A stretch of DNA of 64,000 nucleotides from Blepharisma stoltei ATCC 30299 (Eukaryota; Protista; Ciliophora), in contig CBFDEM010000050.1 of assembly GCA_965603825.1 (NCBI GenBank), forward strand, positions 445,058-509,057, written 5' to 3'. Every line of letters starts with the position of its first letter. Positions within the stretch are counted from its first letter, which is position 1. The translations under genes were made by a program, and so were the position numbers. Below the pieces are notes generated by a model. The model was not told the DNA's origin. It saw only the letters and a list, made by a program, of their open reading frames with translations, and made no database searches. Shown in pieces: positions 48,801-61,929 of the stretch.

Positions 48801-51800
48801 GCCATCATTTGAGAAAGAAATTTTAAAAATCTCAGTATTTCCATTGACTTTAAGCATTAAATTTCCTAATGAGATGGGCTTAACCCATATGCTTACTGTG
48901 AAAAATGTGCTCATAATGAGAGAAGATGAGGCCATATAAGAGCTAGGGGTAAAGTAGTAGCCGCGGTTAAGGGAAGGGATAGGGTCAGCATTGTCAAAAG
49001 TAGGATAAATATTTGAGCTGGATGATCCAACTTGAACTCCATTGACTGTGCCCAATTGAATTAGATTTTGAAGTTGGAGATTAAAGGGCATTTCTGAAAT
49101 TAAAATGCACTGATTATTGACAGAATCTTGTGTGTATCCTGTTGGGCATGATGGAGTGCAAACTTGACCTAACAAATAATATCCTGCTAAGCATGAAGAG
49201 CATTGACACCACAATTCTGAAACACAGCTTGCACAGCCTGTATAGCACTTCGAGATGCAAGAAAATCCATCTGCTGCTTTCATATAGTTATCATCACATG
49301 AGCAAGGCATTCCTCAGGCATGAATTACACATTGAATGCATGACCCTTCCTCAAACCCTATGCAAACAGAACACAAAGGATCTTGACAAATGTTGCATGT
49401 GCCAGGCCGTCTACATCCTAGATCACAAGAATCGCAGGGCTGATACGTTATTCCATCAAAATAGTGGCCTATATCACATGACCAAAGACAGCTTGTAGAT
49501 AAACTAGATCCACAAGGATCTGATAGTCTTGCTGCTAAGTCAACATTATCAATGTCCCATAAGGTAAAATAATATATAAAGCCATTAAATCCAGAAGAGC
49601 TGCTTTTTCCTATATACAATGTTTCACATGATGCATCTCGAAATAATAAATTTTTAGACATAATTGAAGCTTTAGGTATAGCATCAAGATAGGTTGTTAT
49701 TGTAGTTGAACCGAGTAAATAAGAAATTTCAATAGATAAATATGACCAGCCCCTGAAGGTTATTGGCAAAGTATTGACTATAGAAATAGCTTGGGTGGTA
49801 TTTTCTAGTATAATTTCAGCTGCTCCATTAGAATTTAGCTTAAGCCTTGGAGATTTTTCTATAATATCACCATCAACTATAGGGTAGATCCAGATTCCAA
49901 TTGAAAATTTGTAGTTTAGATAAATTTTGGTGTTTGATTGTAAATGCTGGTTTCCAGAAAAGTAAAGGCCCCTAGAATAAGAAGGAATGGGATCAGTAGA
50001 TTCTGGATTTGAAAAGAAATGGTATGTAGAAGCGGAGTTGGAGGTTTGCAAAATCCCATAAGTTCCTTGAAAATAAGTATCAAAGTTTTGATCAATTATA
50101 GATGAGCTTGCTGTAGGTTTGTAGGGGTTCTCGTGCAAGCAAATATTACCAGCTAATGCTTTATTGCTTGTGCAATTAGTGCATTCAAAAGAGATAGTAG
50201 AGGAGCATGTAGTACAAAGATCGTCACAAACTTCACAGGATTCTGAAGATTGAACCCAAAAAGCATTGGAATTGCAAGAGCAGGTCCCATTAATTAAGTT
50301 AGCATTCGGTATGCAAGCTGTACAATCTCCATCAAAGGACGAACATGAAACACATTCCTTGGCTTTGCAAAGTCTGCAAGTCTCCAAGCTCCTGCACCCA
50401 TGAGTTGAGCAAGAATTAGGGCAAGCAACGCAAATTCCAGATGAATTAAAAGTGCCAAAAGCACAATCATCAGGACAAATTACTTCAGAAGATCAAGAGC
50501 AGCCAGTTTCTATTCATTCGTCATTATAATGAGTGTTTCCATTAAATACTTTTATGCCTCATAAAAATCCAACAAAACTATCAGCTCCATTTGAATACCC
50601 AATATATAATGACCCAGAGTCAATGAAAGGAGACATGCTTTTTGAGATGTGATTTGATTTCAATTGCTTGTTTATATTCAACCATGTTCTATAAAGTCCG
50701 TAATATACACTGCCTCTATAAGCATAATTGTATCAACTATTCTGATAAGAATTAGATAATTCTGTAGAAATTTCTGACAAGTCTTTTAAAACAAGAGTAA
50801 TTTTAGGTCCGAGCGAAGCGGTAAAACTAATCTTGAATACTTCAGCAGATCCATTAAGTTTAAGAAAGAGATTTCCTTGAGTCACAGGTTTAGCCCATAT
50901 TGAAATTGTATAGAAAGGAGAAATAATTAGTGAGTCGAGGGACATTGAAGATTTAGTGGTAAAATAATAGCCTCTATTGATGCAGGGTATAGGGTCTGCT
51001 GAATCTGTTCATAATGGATAATTGTTGGAGCTTGAAGATCCGACAGTAAAGCCACTTACTGTATTAAGTTTAATTAAACTTTGCAAGGAAAGTGAAAGTG
51101 CTGTAACTGATGACAAAATGCATTGATGGTTGATGAAATCCTGAGAGTATCCTGTTGGGCAATAGCTCAGACATAATCCATTCAAATAAAAATAATTTTC
51201 CAAGCATGAAGAGCACTGATAATACCTAGACCCAGAACACCCTGCACATCCAATAATGTCTGAGCAAGCCAAAATGCATAAATATGCCATATTGAAAGGA
51301 AACAATATATAGTTGATGTCGCATGAACAAGGAGTTGTTGGCCCTTTTGAAGCGTGCGCCACGCACAAAGTACATAAATTAGGCCCAAAACCTGAGCATT
51401 TTGAACAAAATGGATCATCACAAAGATTACATGAATTTTCAGTTCTGCACCCGATATGAGTACAGGTGCTAGGGCATAATACGCAAGATGATTCATTGTA
51501 ATAGTGGGAAATAGGGCAACTTCATAGACAAGAAGTATCCAAACTTGTCCCACAAGGAATTAACAATTTTGTTGAAAAATCTGTGATCGCGATATTCCAT
51601 AAGCTAAATTGATAAATAAATCCAGAAAAGGTTGAGTTCGAAGCACTTTTGCCTATATATAACAAATCAGAGCTTGGCTCTCTATAAAGATAGTTTCCCG
51701 GATTAGCTTTTTGTCCAGTAGCACCATTTTTATAAACAGTAATAGTTGTTACTCCTTCAGCAAAAAGAATAGTAAAAGAGAGATAGGTCCAGCCTGAAAA

Positions 51801-54476
51801 TTCAGACAATGGTAAAGTTAATGCAGTAACTGCACTCATAGTAAAATTATCTAATGTTGCTGTTAAAGAGCCTGATGAATTAAATAAAAAGCTGTTTTGC
51901 TTTTGAAGGATATCACCTGAAGTTATTACATAAATCCATAAACCCATAGAAAAAGTGTGGCTTAAATAAATGCTATTGCTTGTAACTAAATGCTTTCCGT
52001 CTGAAAAATAGAGACCTCTTTTATAAGCAGGAATAGGATCATAGGAATCAGGGTTGTCCCAAAATTGAAAAGTTAGAGATGAGCTTGACGTATTGAAAAT
52101 CCCGTATGCGCCTTGAAAGTTAGTATCAAATCCTATATCTATGACTTCCGAAGAGACGGCCGTGCATGGATTTGCAGTAAACCCATAAGGACATGCATTC
52201 AAACACATACCTCCAATAAGAACTGCTGATCCTTTGCAGGTGTTGCAAGCAATCCTCGAAGTGCATGCAGAGCATAAATAGTCGCATAAAAGGCACGACC
52301 GAGATGAAGAATCTCAAAATGCATTAGAATTGCACGAGCAAATACCTTCTGATAAGCTAGCATTTTCTATACATTTAGTGCAAACCCCATCAAATGAAGT
52401 GCAAGCAAGGCATTCTTTATATTTGCAAAGAGTGCAGGTATCTTGACTTCTACACCCATGTGACGCACAAGCACTACTACATTCAGTACAATTTCCATCA
52501 TATCGAAACGATCCAAAGCTACAGGTATCAGGACAAAGCAGTTCTGTAGGACACATATGGCATCCGCCAACACAGCCATCTGTTTTTCATTCAGCATAAT
52601 AAAAAGAATCAGCATTATATGCTTTTAAGCTTCACAAAAACCCAGTAAATCCATTCAAGCTTGCCTGATTTCCAATATAAAGAGTTCCTTCATCTATAAA
52701 TGGCGATTTATTATCTGAAGTCTTTGAAGATTGAAATAATCCATCTGCATATAATGATATTATAGTGTTTCCAGTTGAACTTATTGATCCAGTAAAAGCT
52801 ATATTATGCCACTGGTTAAAATAGTAAGCTGGATATATGAGAGTAATTGTAGAGGTATCTTGGAGTTTTAGCTGAAGAGAAGGATACCCTTCTGAAGTAA
52901 AAGAAAGGAGAAAATAAGCAGATGAGCTAAATTTTGTTGCCACATTTCCAGACCCTGAAGGCATAATTCATATATTAACAGTGAAATAAGAGGATATTGT
53001 CAATGTAGGATATGTCATATATGATCCACTTGAAAAGTGATAACCTCTACCAATTGAAGGAACTGGGTCAGATAGATCCCAAATTGGATATAAATTTGTA
53101 TTGGATTCTCCTACAGTAAATCCGCTAATATTATCAAGAATAATTTTATTTTGAAGAGTAAGAGAGATCGGGTTATTCGTTGATAAAATGCAGAAATGGT
53201 TGATAGGGTCTTGGATGTATCCTGAAGGGCATGAACCGAGGCACATTGAAGCTAAAAAGTAGTAAACTGATAAGCAAGAACTACATTCATAATAATTAGT
53301 CCCATTGCAGGTAGCACACCCAGTTGGGCAGCTTGTGCAAGTAAAACCATCTGAGTTGAAATATCCTAGATTGCAAGAGCATGGAATTGCTCCACCTCCA
53401 GAAGCATGCTCAAGGCATGAGCTGCATAATCCTGAGCCCCATCCTGTGCAAACACCACAAAGAGAATCATGACAATTACAATGTTTATTGGAAATACACC
53501 CATTCGTGCATTGGATTGGGCAGTTTTGGCAATTTGACCCATCCCAAAATTTATTAAAAGCGCAGTTAACAAAGCAAGAATTCGTTCCAGATCCACAGAC
53601 AGTGCTGTATTCTTCAGCCCATCCTGAATAATTTGTATTTCAAAATTTAAAATTATAGACCCACCCATTAAAGTTTCCATTTGGACTTTTTCCAATAATA
53701 AGTGTTTGCGTTCCTGCCATATATCATCTGAGTAGCTGATCATCTGCAGTAGTTGTATGATCGATGGCAGTGTTCAAATATTGAACCATTGTGGTATCTC
53801 CATTAGATGAAGTATATGTTACTGTGTATGAAAGAAAAAATCATAAGTTGTTTGATGTATTGGGATTATTGCCAGTATTCACTGTGCTTCCTTGGATACC
53901 ACTATTTTGCTCTAAAACAAGTCTTAGCCCACCTTGGCTATTTACTCTTAAAATTTCACTACCGCTTCCAGGCTTTATATATAAGAGATCATTGGAGCTA
54001 CTTACTGGTTTATATCATAAGCAAAATGCAACATTATAATTTGGGTAAAAGCTGCTTGAGGTTGATAAATACTTGCCTTCACTAAAATATAATCCTTGCT
54101 GATAAGATGGGATTGGATCTACAGTTTCTGGGCTTCAAAAAAAGTGATAAGTTGAAGAGCTTGTCCCTGTTATAAAAGGGCCGTATGACCCGCTAAATGT
54201 GCTTTGATCAAAAGTAGCATCAACAACTGCATTTGGATTCAGTGTGCAAGAGGGACTTGCAGGAAACCCATAAGGACAATTAGGCAAGCACACATTGTTA
54301 AGAATGATTGTTCTGCTTGGAGTGGTTTTGCAAGTTTTGCACTGAAATGCTGTCGCACCAACACAATCCGCGCAAAGATCTTGATCGCACGATGAATCAG
54401 CCTCAGATAAGTATGTGCAGCATATCAGTAAAATTAGTTTGATCCAGCTACCTAAAAAGATTTTATCTTTTCCCAT
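45870..54476 (-). CDS. Giant (~2860 aa) secreted Cys-rich protein: furin-like CXXC repeats alternating with seven LamG/pentraxin-like modules; one 15-nt intron
   Basis: Twelve listed ORFs (45870 to 54135) share one frame, split by TGA at conserved Trp positions (GFL*SLK, FF*SPE). The only in-frame TAA found lies in intron 46184-46198. Signal MGKDKIFLGSWIKLILLICCTYLSEA; seven DPIP..(R/Q)G(L/Y)xF motifs. Not every codon was checked by hand. Confidence 0.88.
46184..46198 (-). other. 15-nt intron GTAAGTAATATTTAG
   Basis: Canonical GTAAG..TAG, A at position 10; removes the in-frame TAA and gives CVSCED. Confidence 0.9.
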
Positions 54477-56839
54477 TATTAGAATTATAAAGATTGCTCT
54501 TAAATAAACCTGCGCAAATATATACAATTTTTAAAGTAATCTTATGGTTAGATGATAGAGCTTAGATATAATTAAAATTTCAAAGGCCTATTGAAATTAT
54601 CTAATAAGTAAATTTTTTCAATAAATTCTATCCGAGCTGCTTTTATAATTCAAAATTGTTTATAACCTTCTTAGAATATATAATTTATAATCTCGAAATC
54701 TTCAATTAGTGTTATCAATTGATAGATATTATAATTGATTTGGGTACTTGAATAATTGTCTTACATTTGTTTAATATTTGCTGATTAATTATAAATTGCT
54801 TAGATATTTATGTATTAAAAGTTAATTAAGAAAACACTATTCTTTATATGCAACTATATAGAAAATCAGATCAGGTACAAAAAAGATCCAAAATTAAATC
54901 AGTTTTTATCTTCTTAATTTAGGCTCAAGAATTTCTACCTAAATTCTGAAAAACTTCAAGTAGCTTTATTTCACTTTAGTTTCGATTTAAATTCATTAAA
55001 GGATTAGACTTTTTTCTAGTTTATATTTGCTGCTGGATATTTTAATATTTAACATTAGATTGAAGTTTAATTTGTTTGCCATTGAAGCTGCTTCTAAAGT
55101 TATAACTTATGTTAATGGAGCATATAATAAAATTATCCTTGATAATTTTATGAATTCTTGGCCTAACTGTCAATGAAATTAAAGTTATTAGATAGATATA
55201 AATTTTTATTGATAAAAAATTCTACATATATTTGATATATGTGGCGAGGCTTTTAGTTCGAAAATTTTTCGGTGTGAAAATATTTATAAATAATTATTGA
55301 AAAATTGCATGAGTTGGTATCAATAGCTTCAGTAATTTCCTTGAGCTCCAGTTATGATTTTAAGTAATTTTGATTTCTTTCGAACTTTTTTTAAGTTTTT
55401 GTTTGATTTCCTATTCTTTTGATTGCAGCATGCAAGCTTTTAAATCCTTTTATTGCATATGCGATTTAATGTAAAGATGTTTTCTGGATTAATAAGAAAC
55501 CATAATTATTTTGTAATATGTTTCTATAGCGTTAATATTTCCAAAGAAGCCGCCTTCAAATTAAACCTGCATTTCTTTCCCTTTTGTGTTTTGAAAACAC
55601 TGGTTCATTCATTTTCTTCACTTAAAAACAAAATTTTCCTTGAATTCAGCTTAATTTTTCTATTTGCAATAAGTTTAATTTTCTTGACTACTTTTTTGAT
55701 AGAAACTGGAACTAATTTCAATATTGTCATACGAGATATCGTCTTGGTACCTTGGAGCTTATTTTACTGATAATTTCAACTTTTTCTTTCAATGTCTTTC
55801 CCCTTTGCATGCTTAATAAATGCATCAAGTATTAATATTTAGAGCTTTTATCCATTAGATCACAATTGTGATTATTATTCGGCTAGCTTTTGAAGATTCA
55901 TTCACAACTTGAAATAATTTTTATGCGAGGTTCAATCTATTGCAAATTTTTTTGTCCTTGCATATTGTTTCACTGCTATATAGGCATGCACTACCTCAGT
56001 TACTGCTTTCATAATTTTTGTTAGATTCAATTTTATAGATAGCTTTTCATCTTTTGTGTGCACTATCCTTAGATTTTCATCTAAAGAATCTGAAAAGCGG
56101 ATCGAAAAATGTTTTGTATTTACTTTTGACTGTTGAATATTTTTAGTATAGATAAATTAATACACAGTTCTCTCTTCCACAAAGTCCGATTTTTTCAATA
56201 AATCTGCAGACTACAGATTTTAAGAGTCCAGGTTTGCACCATTGCATTTTAATGTATTTCATAATTTCTATCAAGGAATTCAATTTTCTGACGGGTTAAT
56301 TGCATTATAAATTTATAATATTAAATTTTCATATAGTCTTAGCACATATATTATAAGGAAAGGACATAATTTAAAGAAAAATAAATTAAAGCTAGTTTGA
56401 TAAATTTCCCAATATCAAATAAAAATTAAATAATTAGCTAATAGAAATACCTAAATATTAGACCAAAGTTCATCAAGGCATATACGAGCTCATTTAAAAT
56501 TGACTAATTAAATAATTTTTTAAGATATTATAAATTTCAAAAATCTTAGAGAGTCTATAATTAATAGCTTTTATTGATTGGGATATTTATTTTTTCATAA
56601 TTTTACTATTCTAACAATTTTCCGCAAAAATCTTGGTATCTATTTTTATGTTATTTTACTTTTTTTTAGGAAAATTTGTAAATTTAATTTAAAAACTCTC
56701 GGAAAATTTTAATTTAATTTTTTATTTTATAAATAAAGATAATATAATATATATTAATGTTGAAAATTGTAGGATTTTATATTCGGGCAATTTCTATAAT
56801 CTACTATTGGCAGTGTTTATAGCAAGAAAAATAGAATAA

Positions 56840-57017
56840 TCTGAGCAACTTTCAGCTGGGTTTAGAAAGCTACTTCAAACTCAGGTGCAGATATCTCAAC
56901 AAGTGGATGAACTTTCACTGGTTGCATAGCAAGCTTGAAACAATGAAAATTAAGGCTCTTAATATTCAAGAAAGCAATCTCCCAATTACACTTGACTTCG
57001 AGTTTGCTCAAGTCTAA
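56840..57017 (+). pseudogene. Orphan fragment resembling the C-terminal domain of the Cys-rich gene family
   Basis: Ends ..NIQESNLPITLDFEFAQV-TAA, compare DCDLPIFVELKFAALG-TAA. Confidence 0.45.
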
Positions 57018-57237
57018 GCCAAATCTCTTTAAGGGTAACTAACCTTTTCTCAAAAATCAAATCTTTTTTTTATTATTTTAATGCAATGATCATAATATAA
57101 GCATTATATTGGGAACTTGAAAAAGAGGGAATATACTTGAAATTGACTAAAAGAGGTGGACGCATCTCTTGAAAGACTAAAGTATTCTAAGGCCATATTA
57201 TAAGTGTAAATGAATTATTTAACAAACTTTAACTTTC

Positions 57238-58269
57238 CTAAAGTTTAGTTATCACTTTTTTATTCAAACTAAACTTATAGAAATCATCATTACAAACCCC
57301 TGCAGATGCAATATATACCCCACCTTTGTTATATGTGCAAAACACTTGAAGAGGGTTAAATTTGATTACTGATTTTCCTATTTGTTTCCAAGAGTACTCA
57401 TCTCCAATTTTGCTTTCATAAATTCAGCCATTAAAACAACATTCAATCAAATACAATCTATTTGAGCTTATTAAAATCTTTCTTGTGTGCAATGCGAAAC
57501 TATAAGGAACTATTGAGAAAGATTCATTGTCAATAGAATATAGTAATATATTCTTATGTGTGCATCCGGCAATCGAAATATTTTCTTTAAATATTACACT
57601 GTGGCAGCAGAAATCAGATCAAGGCATTGGAATTAATTTAACCCATCGATTTTGATATAAATCAAATCTAGCAGATAGAGCTAGGCGATTATTATTGAGA
57701 TATCCTCCAAAACAGTAGACATTTTGTTTGAAATAGATAGCTGATGAGTCAGAGCATGAGTTTCCGGATGGAAGCATTCGAACTTTAGAATTATTGCAAA
57801 TTATCAGGGCGATTCCAGAAAAAGATCTATTACCAAAGCAAAATAACTCACCATTTGGTAGCTGAGCAATACATGAACTTCAATCTAAAGGCTGTCTAGA
57901 CCTAATTTTTCTCAAATTTATACTTTCGTTTTCCGTGTCATAAACAACCAAGTTATTTCTTTTATCAACTTTCTTAATAAGGTAAAGAGAAGTGGCTTGA
58001 TGATAAGGATTTATATATTCTTGGTATGCTTGAGTTAATGCTGGATCAGAAATTTAATTCTGCTGCTCATATAGCCCACAGATTCTCCTAAAATTTCGCT
58101 CTACTTCAGCACCTAAAGCTCTACTTAGGATTGCAGATCTTTTAAATCTTAGTTCTTGAATATTTAATAATTGATTAGTAGCATTTTGATCGCCCTGACT
58201 TTCTCTGCATATAGAGTCTTGTCTAGCTGAATTAAGCCGATAGCTAGCATTTATTTTAAGAATTAACAA
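57238..58269 (-). pseudogene. 5'-truncated Kelch-propeller paralog with premature TAA at 58054
   Basis: DPALTQAYQEY..CIAQLPNGELFCFG..IYFKQNVYCFGG..ARFDLYQNRW..QVFCTYNKGGVYI; colinear with 58292-60001; no in-frame ATG found. Confidence 0.8.
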
Positions 58270-58291
58270 TCCTCATCATATTACAAAAGCA

Positions 58292-60001
58292 TTAATTATT
58301 ACTTTTTAATTCAGCCAGTCTATTTTTTTTGAAATCAAACTTGAAGTAGCCAATATCTGTCCCAATGCATATTCCCCCTTTATTATATGAACAATATACT
58401 TGATTAAGATTGCAATTGATTTTTGATTTTCCTATTTGTCTCCAATTCAAGTAGCTTCCAACTTCGCTTTCATAGATTGATCCATTGTCGCATTCAATCA
58501 AATATAGACTCTCTGCATTTATCAGTATCTTTCTTATACATCCTGCAAACTCATAAGGAATTGTCGAGAAAGAGTCAATATCAATTGAGTATAACCAAAG
58601 ATTTCTATTTAAATATCCAGAAATCAAAATATTTCCACTAAATATTATGCTATTGAACTTATAATCAGCTTTTGGAATTGGAGTTAAGTGAATTCATCGA
58701 TTTTGATCCAAATCAAATCTACTAGATAGAGTTAAATAAATTTTATTATAAACTCCAAAGCAATAGACACTGTTGTTGAAATAGATACATGATGAGCTAG
58801 AGCAAGGAGTTCCAGATGGCAGTATTTCGACTCCACCATTCAGATCAATCAGCATTGCAATTCCAGAAGTCGGATCCCTTTTTCCAAAGCAGAATAGTTT
58901 GCTATTTGGAAGTTGAGTTATGCAAGTACCTAGATCTAGTAGCTGTGGAGTCTGCAAGATTTTAACTTCTTTGGTTTCAGTTTCAGTATTATAAATATGC
59001 AAATCAGCTCTCTTGTTTTTATAATCTTCTCTAATACTATAAAGAGATGTCTTTTGTTGATAAGCTTTAAGATAATCTTGGTAAGCTTGCATTAGTGGCG
59101 GATCATGAAAACTAGAACTGGTTTGGATTTTTGAGCAAGTTTTTCTGAAATCTTTCTCTAATTCTGGATTGTTTGGTTTACTTAAAATCTCAGCTATTTT
59201 ATTTCTTAATGCGCCTACGTTTAAAACTCTTTTTTTCCCCTTGGGTTTACTTTTGAGATCATTAGAAGCAGTGCTTATTTTAAAATTAAGCAAGCTTGCC
59301 TTGTTTTCTGGGGGGTTTTTTATTGGCTTTTTTACGTTTTTATGCCTTTTTAAACTGTTCACATTTTTTATCAAGGAAACCGAATCCTTAACGTTTGCTA
59401 AAACTCTAGTTTTATTATACAATTCAGGATTATTTTGCATATTCATATTTTCTAGATGTGCATCGCATTTTTCTTTAACAAAGGATCTATCTAAACTCGC
59501 TAACTTTTCAGTGATTATATAAAAGAATCTTGCAGCGTTGTATCAATCTTTCATGGCTTTGATCATGAATCTTACTTTCTCAACAGCTTCTCTAGGCTGT
59601 AAAACCAATAATCCTAATATTGGATCTTGTTCTAACTTTGATACTTTTTGAATTTGGGAAATTTTTGCAAAGAAATCATTTATTTCACCTGAGCAATCAT
59701 CCAATTTTTTTGTGAAATCTCTTAAATTTCTCTTTAAATTAAATGGGCACTGGCTATAGGAATCTATGATCTTTCTCCTCAACTCGCTGTATTTTGAATT
59801 TTCTATTGTAAGGAATTCAAGAATTGCTTCTTTTGTCCCTTCGCAAGGCTGGCTAAACATTGATTCAAGGCCATGAGTTCTATTTTGTAAGCTTAGATGC
59901 TTCCCAATATGTACTTTACAAGATAAAGTCTCAGGAGAAGAGCATTTGCATGAATACTCAACCTCATACGTACACCCTGACTCGAAGCATTTCTTCTTCA
60001 T
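58292..60001 (-). CDS. 569-aa protein: N-terminal Cys/His (B-box-like) zinc finger, coiled coil, Kelch-type beta-propeller
   Basis: Three ORFs in one frame joined by TGA=Trp (59543; 58694 is the canonical Kelch Trp in DQNR-W); CFESGC..CKC..CKVHIGKH; TAA stop. Confidence 0.88.
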
Positions 60002-60106
60002 GATATATATAATTATTAAATAGACGATTTTAAAACTTTTTGCATTAATTTTTAATAAGTAATAGCAAAAAATTATTAAATGAGACCTATTTATTAGAAA
60101 ATTATT

Positions 60107-60612
60107 TTAATCCAGCTTGGTTAATATTTTTGCCTCTAAATTAAACTTAAAGTAACTAGTATCATTATAAAGGCGTGCAATGTTTATTCCTCCTATATTA
60201 TATGACAAATAAACTTGAGAAAAATAGCGTATTATTGAGTCTCCAATTCGTCCAGACAGTGTCATTTGACAATTCGCTTTCGTAGATTGATCTACCACAT
60301 TCAATTAAATATAGTTTTTCTGCACTTATAAGAATCTTGCAAATAAAACTTCAAAATCATAAGGAATTGTTGCGAAAGTGTTGCTACCACTACCAATTGA
60401 ATACCTCAAAAGATTTTTATTAATCCTTCCAGAAATCAAAATATTCCCGCTAAATATTACTCTATTGCAAGAGTAATCAGCTTGCAGCAGTGACTTTAAT
60501 TTAATTTATCTTTTTTCATTTAAATCAAATCTTTCTGATAGAGTTAAAATTTCGCTATTTTTTATTCCTCCAAAGCAATAAACACTATTATTGAAATAGA
60601 TATCTTGTATAC
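60107..60612 (-). pseudogene. Decayed Kelch-propeller C-terminal fragment
   Basis: IYFNNSVYCFGG..LSERFDLN..IFSGNILISG..QVYLSYNIGGINI, with frameshifts. Confidence 0.75.
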
Positions 60613-60659
60613 TGCGCATGAAACTTATTTTTAACTTATCCTATATATCTTAATCTCTT

Positions 60660-61929
60660 AATTCATTTTCAACAGTTTTACCCAGTTTTTTTAGCTTCTT
60701 CTCTTCTGCCTATCTCATATAGAGCATTTTCTTTATTTGAATAATAAAGTACACAGTTTGGATCGATTCTAATTGCATCGTTGTAATGCTTTATTGCTTC
60801 TTCATGTCTCTTTTTATTGTAAAAGATAAGTCCCATGCCATCGTATGCATCAGCATGATTGGATCAATTCTGATAGCTTCTTTATAGCATTCCATAGCTT
60901 TTTCTCTTCTGCATAACTTTTTAAGAGCAGCTCCTTTATTACTATAGTACAGTGCACTGTTTGGATTGATTCTAATTGCATCATTGCAACATTTATTGCT
61001 TCTTCATATTTCTTTTTATTATAGAAAATATTTCCTATGCTATTGTATGCATGAGCATAATTTGGATCAATTCTGATAGCTTCGTTATAGCATTCCATAG
61101 CTTCTTCAATTCTACCTAACTCATATAGAGCAGCTCCTTTATTACTATAATACAGTGCACAGTTTGGCTTGATTCTAATTGCACCTTGTAATGTATTAAT
61201 GCTTCTTCATATCTCTTTTCATTATAGAAAATAATTGCTATGCCATTGCATGCATCAGATCATTTGGATCAATCTGATAGCTTCTTTATAGCATTCCATA
61301 GTTTCTTCTCTTCTGCCTATCTCATATAGAGCATTTCCTTTATTTGAATAATAAAGTGCACAGTTTGGATCGATTCTAATTGCATCGTTGTAATGCTTTA
61401 TTGCTTCTTCATGTCTCTTTTCATTAGAATAGATAAGTCCCGTGCTATTGTATGCATCAGCATGATTTGGATCAATTCTGATAGCTTCTTTAAACTTACT
61501 TAATGCTAACTGTAAATTCTCCCCTTCCTTCTCAAAGTTTATATCAATTTTATTAAATTCAAAATGCATTTCTTGTGGAATAACTTTCGAATTATTTTGG
61601 GGAAAGCTCTTGATAGCTGCATCAATTTGTTTTCTAATTCACAGAATAATTCGATATTATTGTTTGATATTACTGTAAAAATTAATTTAGCTTTTTCAAC
61701 AGCTTTATTTGACTGCAATGCTAACTAATTTAAAGCTGGATCTTTCTCTATTCTTGATAGTTTTGTGCTTGCTAGATTTTTTCGGCATGGCTGCCAATTT
61801 TTGTAGAATCAGAGTCGATTTCTTTTAAAACTTGATCAAAAATATTTTCATAACTACAAAGAGTTTGAGTAACTGATTAATTTAAGACAGACTTTAGCTA
61901 TTATTTGTAAATGAATAAGTCTTAATAAA
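60660..61929 (-). pseudogene. Frameshifted TPR-array gene with a coiled-coil N-terminal part, truncated by the telomere
   Basis: About seven to eight 34-aa TPRs in alternating 102-bp units (EAIRIDPNHADAYNS.G / DAIRIDPNCALYYSNKG), several 1-nt deletions; upstream RIEKDPALN*LALQSNKAVEKAKLI. Confidence 0.8.

Noticed and set aside
45870-54476. TGA as selenocysteine or cysteine in Cys-rich genes
   Set aside because: TGAs fall at Trp positions of the repeated motifs (GFYW, GFLW, FFW), not at CXXC cysteines.
55300-56310. Lys-rich minus-strand coding-like remnant
   Set aside because: Multiple stops and no identifiable homology within the window.
60690-61490. Regular repeats here and at 41240-41915 as a CRISPR-like array
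   Set aside because: They are protein-coding TPR and Cys-rich repeats without unique spacers, in a eukaryotic genome.
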